Shown here: positions 13,423 to 25,951 of the stretch, piece by piece
Layout of the letters: each line of letters starts with the position of its first letter
Position numbering within the stretch: the first letter of the stretch is position 1
Source of the DNA: Chrysomallon squamiferum
Lineage: Eukaryota; Animalia; Mollusca
Direction of reading: 5' to 3'
Assembly: GCA_012295275.1 (NCBI GenBank)
Contig: CM022671.1
Coordinates: forward strand, 11,966,001-12,030,000
DNA: 64,000 bases
Position numbers and translations under genes: made by a program
Notes under the pieces: model-generated
Told to the model about the DNA's origin: nothing
Seen by the model: only the letters and a program-made list of their open reading frames with translations
The model's database searches: none

Positions 13423-16400
13423 TCAGTCAGGTGAGTCGTAGGTTATTGTTTGCTGAAATAAAATAATAATACTATATTCAGTACACATATCATTCTATAA
13501 TACTTGATTTAGTAGTAGAAGTAAAAAAACAATAATACTGTTAATAGCACCAGTAGTAGTAATATTGGTATGTAACAATAACAACAAAAGTATGGTAGTA
13601 GTGATAATAGTGTTAGGTATAATAATAACAACAATGACAGTAATAGTAATAGAAGCAATAGTATTAGAAATGACAGTAATACTTATAATAAGTGTAATAA
13701 TAATAATAAAGTAATAGTTGCTGTAGTAATAGCATTGGTAATTATATTACAATTCTAATAATTGTAATAATTGCAATAATAATAATAATATTAAAGTTTA
13801 AGTTTGCTCTGTTGTGTTTAAATTTAACTGTACTGCATATTAAAACTACATGATTAAAACAACAGCAGCAATAACAGCAACGTACTGGTAAGGGTCTTCC
13901 TTTGGTTTCAATAGGTAAGAAGAAGGCACAGGTGGCACACACTAAAGCCGTCAGACCATACAGCCAGGTGGCTGCAGTCAGTGAGCTGGAGAGAAGAACC
14001 TGAAAGAAGATTAACACATCTGTAACACTTCACACAGGTTGACAGGTTACTTTGTGTGTCAGTTTCTCTGTATTTCTCTATTACTGTCTGAACATTTGTG
14101 TATAACATAACCTTATATGCACACAAACATACATACACAAAGATAAAATACCCATATGTCAAGACACCTATAAACACACAGACACAGAAAACAATTATAC
14201 ACATAAAGTTTACCATAAAGAAGACAAAATAAAACAACACACACATACAGACACAGTAATATAATCTCATAAAATATCCAAAGACTGTTATAAACATAGT
14301 CACACATGACCATGTGTTATACCCAAAACAATTATGCACATGTTTACCATAAAGAAAAATAAATAAATTCATTCATACACGCAGAGACACATACAGATAC
14401 ATGCACTCACAGACACACAGACTTACTGACTGTAAAATACTAAGAGAAATAAAGTTACCTGAGCTACAAATGGTGTAATCATTGCTCCAACTCGAGCCCA
14501 GGATGATGCCATTCCAATACCAACAGTTCTGACTGCAGTGGGGTATACCTGTAACGACAAATTATAGAGAATCTTTGTTCAGAGATATTTCATACACTTC
14601 TGTGTGATTGTTACATACAGTTCTGACTGCAGTGGGGTATACCTGTAACAACAAAGCATTGAGAATGTTTGTTCAGAGATATTTCATACACTTCCATGTG
14701 ATTGTTACATACAGTTCTGACTGCAGTGGGGTATACCTGTAACAACAAAGCATTGAGAATCTTTGTTCAGAGATATTTCATACACTTCCGTGTGATTGTT
14801 ACATACAGTTCTGACTGCAGTGGGGTATACCTGTAACAACAAAGCATTGAGAATCTTTGTTCAGAGATATTTCATACACTTCTGTGTGATTGTTACATAC
14901 AGTTCTGACTGCAGTGGGGTATACCTGTAACAACAAAGCATTGAGAATGTTTGTTCAGAGATATTTCATACACTTCCGTGTGATTGTTACATACAGTTCT
15001 GACTGCAGTGGGGTATACCTGTAACAACAAAGCATTGAGAATCTTTGTTCAGAGATATTTCATACACTTCCGTGTGATTGTTACATACAGTTCTGACTGC
15101 AGTGGGGTATACCTGTAACAACAAAGCATTGAGAATCTTTGTTCAGAGATATTTCATACACTTCCGTGTGATTGTTACATACAGTTCTGACTGCAGTGGG
15201 GTATACCTGTAACAACAAAGCATTGAGAATCTTTGTTCAGAGATATTTCATACACTTCCGTGTGATTGTTACATACAGTTCTGACTGCAGTGGGGTATAC
15301 CTGTAACAACAAAGCATTGAGAATCTTTGTTCAGAGATATTTCATACACTTCCGTGTGATTGTTACATACAGTTCTGACTGCAGTGGGGTATACCTGTAA
15401 CAACAAAGCATTGAGAATCTTTGTTCAGAGATATCATACACTTGTGTGTGTTTCTTACTACTAATGGTTTACACCAGTTAACAGCTAAAACCAAGCAAGC
15501 GTACAACATTTTATGATGATGTTATTTTATAAAGGAAAAATTTCCCAAGAGACTGAGTATATGGCTATTTATCTTTTTACATATAATTGTTTTTAATTTT
15601 TATTTTTAATATAAGTGTTTCATTTATAATTTTTTTTAATAAATAACCTTTCTGTGGCTGGAATACAAACATGCAAACTGTTTTATTTACTGAAGTTACC
15701 AGTTTAATTGTGTAACAACAACATTAATTTTGAAAATTTCATTCTATGAATAATACTGAATGCTTGTTTAAAATTACAATTACTAAATGTTAAATTTTAA
15801 TTTAAAAATTCCTTAAAAAGATGATTTTTACAAAAATGATACATAACAAAATATGATTTTAAGATATGACTAAAACTAATAATAAATAAAGCCCAGGAGA
15901 CTCACTTCTGATGAATAGATGTAAATCCAGTTAAATGTAGCTGCTGTGAATCCTCTCACAGCAAACATGAATGTTGTTAGCAGCCATCTTGGAACTGAAA
16001 GCTGTAACAAAATGAAGAAAATGCCTGTCGCAGAAAAATTAAAAACTCCCGTCATTCTCCTTCCCAGCAAATCTATCAGACAAATATTTATTGGAAGACC
16101 TGAAATAAAAAAAAAAAAATGACAACATACTTTAGAAAACAAGTTTAATATTCTCCATAAAAAGATGAATTATATTTTGAAGATACAATCAATGATATTA
16201 TTGCATGACAGGCAAAAGGATGCAAAAATATCAGAAAACAGTTTTAAAACTGATTTTATTTTAATATTTTATTTTATTTTATCATTGCTTTATTACAAAA
16301 AGAATCCAATTCATCAAGTATATTTTTGTATATGAACTATCCATACAAGATGTTTTAGATAAACTATTTCAACATTCTAGTGATTTAATCAGTGACATTC

Positions 16401-19400
16401 TGCAACAATGAGTGCATTATACTTCATCTTCAAAAACATGTTTTAAAAATTACTGAGTTTGTCACATCACAGACGTATACTCATTGTACTGTTAGTTTAC
16501 AGAGTATGAAATTTAACATTAAATTTAGAACTGAAAAGAAATCAGGTATGTTCTTTTGTTGTTGTACATATTTACTGTTCAACAGCAGGCTGAACACAAC
16601 TGCACATCAGATTTTTTTCTCTCTCACTAACACTTGCTAACATTTTTGTTATCTCTATGAGATCTGCAAATGTCATTATTTTTTCTTCTTATAACTTCCA
16701 GTTTTAAACATATTTCTCTTTCTGTCTCTCTTTATCCAATTCTTTTTCACAGGCTCACACAGACAGACGTATAGACAGATATACACATATACAAATAAAG
16801 AGTAATACTGACATATAAATTCTCCTACTGTTGACACAATCATGGTGGTGTAATCTTCTGATGTTAGATAATTACATGAACACATCTGACTGTCTGTAAT
16901 TAAAAACATTAAAAACAGGTGTTATGACATTATTAATACAGCTGTTATTAAACAGTATGACATTATTAAAACAGCTGTTATTAAACAGTATGACATTATT
17001 AATACAGCTGTTATTAAACAGTATGACATTATTAATACAGCTGTTATTAAACAGTATGACATTATTAATACAGCTGTTATTAAACAGTATGACATTATTA
17101 ATACAGCTGTTATTAAACAGTATGACATTATTAATACAGCTGTTATTAAACAGTATGACATTATCAAAAACAGGTGTTATTAGACAGTATGACTTTGTTT
17201 AAACAGCTGTTATTGAACAGCATGACATTAAAAACAACTGTTATTAATGTGTATATGTGTGCAGAATATATAAACACACACAGTATAAATATGTTGATCT
17301 ATTTATGTAATTTATTTTTGAATCTTTACATCCGTGGTAGAGTAAAACAACTGCTGCCACATTCTTTGAAGCCAGGAATTTTTGCACCAACCCATGGACA
17401 GAAAAGTAGGCTGGATCAGAAAACATTAAATGAAGAAAACAGATGAGGGATCCAGCCAGTCAGTGTACAGACTAACTGAAAGTCAGATTTACTTACTTTT
17501 CTCATTCTCCACTCTGAGTATTTCTGCACTGGCCAGTACCATCCCATAGTAAGAAAATGCTGTACCAAACCACATAAACCACAGCTGCAGAGTGCTGCGC
17601 AGGTATTCCCTGCTAAACACATCAGCCACTTTCCCTGTCACTGTCTACGAAAACAAATCATAAATACAAGCAAGTTAATAATCTAACGATTTGGAGATTG
17701 TAAAAATTTATACTAATATACACACAGTCATTCACAGAATAATACATGCATTAATATACACACACATATAGTGCCTCAGGAATTTGAGTGAGAAAATATA
17801 TACAAATTTATTTTTTTGAAATTTTAGAAAAGATTTACAAGATATTTAATGCATTTTGTGAATTTACAAACAATATTGAAAGTGCTGCCCATTAACAATG
17901 AGTTTTTTAAACAGATATATACTGCCCGACATACACATACATTTAAATATACAGACATACATACATATACACATAATTACATGAACACAGCTGACTGTCT
18001 GTAATTAAAAACATTAAAAACAGCTGTTATTAAACAGTATGACATTATTAAATTAGCTATTATTAAACAGTATGATATTATTAAATTAGCTATTATTAAA
18101 CAGTATGACATTATTAAAAACACCCGTTATTAAACAGTATGACATTATTAAAAACACCTGTTATTAAACAGTATGACATTATTAAAGACACCTGTTATTA
18201 AACAGTAGGACATTTTTAAAAACAACTGTTATTAAACAGTAGGACATTATTAAAGACAACTGTTATTAAAGACTAAAAAAGAGATGCAATACACAAATAT
18301 ATTTCCAAAGACATAATGAATACACATATAAACACATACATCAACATATAATTACATGAAAGCAGAAAAATAGAGGATTATTTCAATAATTAGTTGCTAA
18401 AACAAATGATAACTAACAAACAACCAAACTCAAGACTTTAAAACTGTTCTAACAAACTCAGTAACTCACATGAGAAATAAAACCTGTTTTACACTCTGTT
18501 AAAAACACAAACCTGGAATTTGGCTTTTACAAGTTTTCCCTCAGGTAGCTGGGATCTGTTCACCTCGGCTGCTTTGGTGAGAGCAGCCACTGCTCTGTCG
18601 TGTTGTCCAGTAGCAACCAAGTACCTCGCTGACTCCGGGATAAACTAAACAGACAGACATATATATATGTGGGTATGTGTCTGTACATGTGTGTATGGTT
18701 GAGTGTATATATTTATGAATATATATATGTGTGTGTGTTTACATGCTTAAATGCATACATATAATAAACAACTACAACAAAATTACATAAAATAAAATGA
18801 TAACGTGATCAATGTATCAGGCTATTTTTCCTAATTATTTTGTTTTCTATATTTCAGAAAGTTAGCAAAAACAGACATTTTTTGATGCACAACCTTTTCT
18901 TTAAGAAATAAATGATTTGATAACCAGATATAAAAAGAATATTTATCATTATTAATCAAAGTGCAGAATGATATTGACAAGGTTGTTATTTGACTTAAAG
19001 AATAACTACACATATAAACAATAACATGCTGGTAATAGTTCTTGTTCATGCATGGCAGGTTGGAATGGTACCAGGATTAGCACATTTACACTGATTTGTC
19101 TGACACCTCTAACTTCCAGCACAGTTACATCTTGTTAAACCTTGTCCACTGCATCATAACTCCAGTTGCACAGCTTGACACAAGGAAATCTGCTTATCTG
19201 TACAAACCTCATCAGGTGTGAATACAAGGTCACAACACACAACTTGAACTGGTTTCTAGAGTACTTTCGCTCCAATATTCCTCCTGTTTCAGCAGTCGTG
19301 TACAACTATAATGATGTTTCTAGGATCTGCAGACAGGAGGTTGTCTTCAGTTTGCAACTTTGCAGTGACATCTTGGGGTAGGTTGGATGATGTTAATTCT

Positions 19401-22400
19401 ACCTTTGCATCAGCAACAAACACAGCTGCAAAGGGAGAATGGCTCAAGCTCTTTTGAAATTGCACAAACTTCAGTTCTACAGTCAAGTCCCGTGTCATTG
19501 TCACTGATCTGTTTCTTATTAGAGATGGACAATGGTTTATTTACCATATGTTCTCCATGGCCTCTTGAATATATCAGAAGATGTTTTTAAAAAACACAAA
19601 AGTCACCAATCTGAGAAATGGTTGGTTTATGCAAGGTAGAATTTGTGCAGTCAATCATGGAAAACAACAAGTTAACGAAGAAACCAGATATTGGAGATGC
19701 ACCAAAACGTGATGGGTTATGCAGATTAACTATATCACTCTCAATGAAATAATTTGTTTACACTGATCTAAAAACTTGTCAATATCATGCATATTATTGT
19801 TTATTGTTATTTTTTAAGTCAAATAACAACATTGTCAATATCATTCTGCACCTTTCAGGTAATCTGTATAAATTAGAGAAGTAGATTTTACATTTTACTA
19901 GAACACACACACAATAATTATCAATATTAATTTGCTATATATATATATAAAACAAATAATGAAATATAGCTGAAGTGAAATGTATAATACATACAGTATA
20001 TAAATAAGATGCAGTCATGTATTACTCAGAAAGCCTATCCAGCCTACATAAAAAATGTATTCAGTGCAGGTTGGTTACATACATAGTGATATTTTATAAA
20101 AGTGTATTAAAAATGATACAAAGTGTGGACAAACCCCAAGAAATGAAACAACCAGCATGATAGGAATGCCAGAAAATACAAGCAACCATCGCCAGCCAAG
20201 TTTTGGAATAACTATGGATGCTAGAAGAATCTCAAACATGCAACCACCAGCCCAGAAAATCTGAAATATCAAAATTATATAATTATGTGCAAGTGTCAGA
20301 ATAAAATAAAACAATATAAGCATATATATATATGTACATACTTAGTAAAATAAAAATACCAAACAAATTATTTATATTATGAAGTAATATCTTATATTTT
20401 CTACAGAGAGCCTGAGATAGTTGTTTGTGTGTATGTATGATTGTTAGTCTGTGTATGTGTGTGAGAGAGTAGATGTAACATTTATTGTTTAATGCTTTGC
20501 AGTTTAATCATGTGTACAATTAGAAGAAAAATAAACATAAACCTGTGAGACTATGAGAACCTTTGCTCTGTGTTTGGACGGCAAATATTCTGCCAGAAGA
20601 GTAAAACTGAAAACAAAAATATTGTAAATAATGTTTTAATATAATGATGTGACTCCAAAGTTATCTGAATAACATTGTATCTCCTAACAACAAAAATATC
20701 TTATACAGATATATCTCGTGAGATTTAATTATAAAACAGAAACCTATAAAACTCACCCCTGAGGAGTCCCGCCCATGCCTGCCCCAACAAGACCCCGCAA
20801 CAAGAGAATCCAGAGATAGTTTGGAGATGCTGCTGTTAGTAATCCAAAATAGCCAATCCACAGTGAAACATTGTAGAGTGTCTGAAATAGAGAAATACAC
20901 AGTGAAACATTGTAGTGTCTGAAATAGAGAAATACACAGTGAAACATTGTAGTGTCTGAAATAGAGAAATACACAGTGAAACATTGTAGAGTGTCTGAGA
21001 TAGAGAAATACACAGTGAAACATTGTAGAGTGTCTGAAACAGAGAAAAACATAGTGAAAGATTATTATGACTGAAATAATGAAATAAACAGTGAAACATT
21101 GCAGTGTCTGAAATAGAGGAATATACAGTGAAACATTACAGTGACTGAAATTAAGAAATGCACAGTGAAACATTGTAGAGTGTCTGAGATAGAGAAATAC
21201 ACAGTGAAACATTGTAGTGTCTGAAATAGAGAAATACACAGTGAAACATTGTAGAGTGTCTGAAATGGAAAATAGACAGTGAAACATTGTAGAGTGTCTG
21301 AGATAGAGAAATACACAGTGAAACATTGTAGAGTGTCTGAAATAGAGAAATACACAGTGAAACATTGTAGAGTGTCTGAGATAGAGAAATACACAGTGAA
21401 ACATTGTAGAGTGTCTGAAACAGAGAAAAACATAGTGAAAGATTATTATGACTGAAATAATGAAATAAACAGTGAAACATTGCAGTGTCTGAAATAGAGG
21501 AATATACAGTGAAACATTACAGTGACTGAAATTAAGAAATGCACAGTGTAACATTATATAATGTCTGAAATAGAGAAATACACAGTGAAACATTACTGTG
21601 ATTCAAAGAGAGAAATACACAGTGAAACACTGTAGTGTCTGAAATAAAGAAATACACAGTAAACAATTACTGAGACTGAAATAGAGAAATGGATAGTGAA
21701 ACATTACTGTGAATGAAAAGAGAAATACTCAGTGAAACATTACTGTGATTCAAAAAGTGAAATATATGGTGAAAAATAAAATATATTAATAGTAGACATT
21801 TTATATAATTTTAAAAATTGACAATACAATTATAAAACATCCATACACCATATAAAAATTCTTCAGTTCAGAAATTAAAATAAAATAAAATAATTATTAT
21901 TATACATGATCATCTTACTCTTTCCACTGTTTGAAATGTGTTCTGAAGGTTACATGACCCAAGATGGCTGGTTACTTTGCACAATTCAGTGTTAGATGAT
22001 TACTTAGAGAAAAAAGAGGATTAGTAGTAATAGTTGTTGCTCTGGGATCCAGTTCTGATATGTGATCCCAGAACCAGCCAGATGTAAATTCTACTGGCTC
22101 ACCATTAAGTGTATTGCCAGATTCATCAAAGCTTAAACTGCTTTCTAATTAACTGTTCATTTGACTTTTTTTTTCATTCATCAACATATTCACTCAACAT
22201 GCCTGCAGCAGTAACAGCTCAGTAAATGTATTAATATTAATAATAATGATAATAAAATACAGGTATCAACATATTGCTCATATTTATAACTATAAATATT
22301 AATATAGTTTGCAGCATTAGTTTTTCATCTGTCTTGATATATTAAGTACATGAGGCGTATGTGCTTAAACATTTTATCACTGTATAACTGCAAAATCTGA

Positions 22401-25400
22401 TTAAAAAAGAAAAATGTTTATGAAGGCTGAATTTGACATTTCAGATATCGATATTAATGTTTTCAAGTTGAGAATATTACACTAATACAAGGTTTAATCA
22501 ATGATATGGTCAACAGCTGTGCAGCAGAATTGTGGAGGTTTTAATTCTCATTACAATTTTGGTGTTTCAAAAACCATATTTAAACAAAAATAAATAATAT
22601 AGAAATTTGTAAATGGTAAAACTGCTAGGATCATCTAATTTCCATGATAGTCACAGATGGTAACTGTCATTTTTCGAAGATGCTGCATATTAATACTATG
22701 AGTTGTGTACCTGGCTGTTATTTGTTACTTTTAATGACACCTCCAACAAGAAGGGAGACAAAAGAGTGTTTTAAAATCTGGGTTTTTAAAAGTTATTTAG
22801 AAACATGTTAAACGTGTTAATATTAAGTTATTAGTTAATGATAGGCACAGTTATTCTACTTTTCCCATTTACTTACAGTTATGATGAGAGAGGGTAACCT
22901 GTACAACAGACTACTTTTATTGGCTAGCAGCAATCAGTATTAAACCACAGAATTAGATAAAACAGAGTCTGTCAAGGCACTGATAAACTTTTACAAACAG
23001 TATCACTTAATATGACGGAAATAATTGTTTATAAGTATGATGTCAATTAGAGTGGGAAGCAGCTCAGTGGGAGATCTAATAAGAATTGATCCTGGTAACT
23101 ATCAGGCCTCAGGCCAGTGTTTCAACAATGGGATCTAACCATCTCTCAGCATAAATTCTAACTGCACTGGAAAGAAGCATGTTCCACTGCTTATTTTGTT
23201 AATTATAGCCACAGAATGAGGCAAACTGATAACAGCTTCATTATTAACACTGCTGTAATTATGTATCTTGATCTTTTCTTCATGAAAAACAAGGTACAAA
23301 TGATGTATTAATTACTGGTTATTTACAAGTCATGTTTTGAATGTCCATTAGGTAGACAACTGTATCCAGACTGTGTAACTTGCTGTGTGTGACAACAGAC
23401 TGTTTATTGTTCACACTTCATTTCAGTTATAAACTCTTACCAAACATAGGTCTGCAGTTAAGTAAACATAAACAATTAACTTTCAGATTTATACAGGTAT
23501 TTCATAAATCTGTATAGACCAGATATATGCAGATTAATATACTGATAATTAATTTTAGTAATATAAAATTGATTTTGCGTCTGTCTTTTCTACATGTCTC
23601 TCAGAAAACAGAACATTTTAATTTACTGGTTTATATCCTTTTTTCCTATTAGAAACTTTTACTCAACAATCAAAATCCTGCTTTTTATACCAGAGGCTTT
23701 GACTCATTGGTATACTATAAAATACATAAAGCCAGCTATAATCTGTCACTTACTGGTTTGCGTCCTATTTTGTCTCCTATGATGCCCCAGATTGGTGCAA
23801 ACAATCCCATGCCACAGAACACCACAGTGGTGATGAGAGCCACCTGGTAGTCCTGAAGTCCAAACGAACATCGCAGCACTGGAGAAAGAACAGCAAGAAG
23901 CAACATCTCCAGAGCATCTGCTGCCTGAAACATCACAAAAGAAATTTTAAAATATTTTATAAACTTAACATTATATTTGATATGACATTCAATACATTTT
24001 TATCAATTTTACTAGACATTTTACCAATTAAGTAAAATAAAAAAAATTAACAAATTAAATAATAAAAAAAACAAGTTCATTATTTTTGTTTGTTTTATAA
24101 ACTATTGTTTATCCATGGAAGGAGACAAAGTTAGTGTTAACACATTTGAGTGTGTGTTAGAAGAGATAATCATCTTTACATTGTACTTGTTAGGACATTC
24201 CACAAGTTTTTCATTACCTCTTTATTTGCTATGAACAACATTCACATTTTTCACAATATTTGTTTCCTATGAAATTCAACAATTTGGTATAACCTCTAAC
24301 ATTATGACAGTTATAATAATATAATAATTTATGCCTGATGCAAATGTGAAATTCATAATATTTATAATAATTATCATGAAGAAAATATTGTCACTGACTA
24401 TAAAAAATAATGTTCTACTCAGACATAAGAAACCAATATGGTCACCATAAAATAACAACAGATTAAGTAATTTCCTGTTTCATGAACTACCTTTAATCAA
24501 TAAGAGACTCTAATATGCACCTTCTCATGCACAGCAAAACATACACAATGGATTTTAGTCTAAAACATTTTTATGAGCTGGAAATGTAGTCATGTGCCAT
24601 ACGCTGACTATTGGGCAAAACCATATTCAGTGTTTAATATGTCCCAACAATCAGTTTCTTGTACACCTTCAAGTTGTTTTTTGTAAATAATTCTGATAAA
24701 GTTAAAAAAAACACACACACATACACACACAATGTATGTATGTAATGTATGCATTAATAAATGAAATTTAAAATAATAAATAAACAAATAAAAGTATTCT
24801 GACATCTGCATGTACATAATATAATAAATAAATAAATATAATAAATGAAATTAAAAATAATAAATAAACAAATAAACTATTCTGACATCAGTATGAACAT
24901 AAAATAATAATAAATAAATAAATTAAAAAAATTAAATTTAAAATAATAAACTAATCTTACCGTAATCATGCCACACACAATGAAAAGTCGCCATTGAAAA
25001 AATCCAAGACCAATGAAATCCACAGCCTCCTCTACTGTGTACGTCTTAGTCTTACTGTCCGAGTCTCCGTCTGTGTACTGCATCATAGCATCGGTGTACA
25101 AGATGTCTTCATCAGAGGCACTGTCTGATGAGACCAGCAGCTTAACTTTCTCTGCAGGAACTGAAAAGATACAAGAAGTTTATCTTCACTGAAAGAAATA
25201 TGTTTTAACACTTACATTATAATCTACAGTTACTTTCATACATTTGACTAACAAACACGCATATAAAGAAAATCTACTGTTGTCATGGAACTGGCTGTAT
25301 GTGCTTCTTTCTTTTTCATTGGTGGCAAAGCATCTTGTTTCAAACATCACATTAGTATTTTTACTGCATTTGATCAGAATATATTTAAAACTGCTAATTT

Positions 25401-25763
25401 GTTACTATTCATAGTTAACAGACACTAACTCTGAAACTTCACAAACTAGTTTGTCTCTAATTTGTAAAGTGTTTGTATTGTTTGTTTTACAGTTTGTGCG
25501 AATGTGTATCTTCTACAGTTTGAATACACCAGTAAATGCATAACGCCTCATTTTTGTTAACACACACACATATATAAAATTATAATAAGAAAAAAGGAAA
25601 AAACAAAGCAAAGACAAATTAATGCATATATATAACAGTTTTATTCTGACAATAAAAATAAACTGAAATCAGTTAAATAATGAAGAAATCATGTCCTGCT
25701 TAACATAATTAGTTAACAGATCAGCCTTCACTTCCAGCTCCACATCAGTCGTATCATTAGACA

Positions 25764-25807
<44 letters not shown>

Positions 25808-25914
25808 CAATAAATATAAAATTAGAATAAATTATTTTATTTTTTGCATTGCTAGTCAGTTTATTACAGGCTGATGATTTCAAAAAAATATTGATAATTT
25901 TATCTGTGTGTGTG

Positions 25915-25951
<37 letters not shown>

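Noticed and set aside
14523-15450. CRISPR-like array (also considered for 43612-44866 and 61783-62027)
   Set aside because: No unique spacers and no cas genes, in a eukaryotic context; these are plain tandem repeats.
20661-21593. 310-aa and overlapping minus-strand ORFs
   Set aside because: Translations of the 37/39-bp minisatellite; only 20757-20881 is a real exon.
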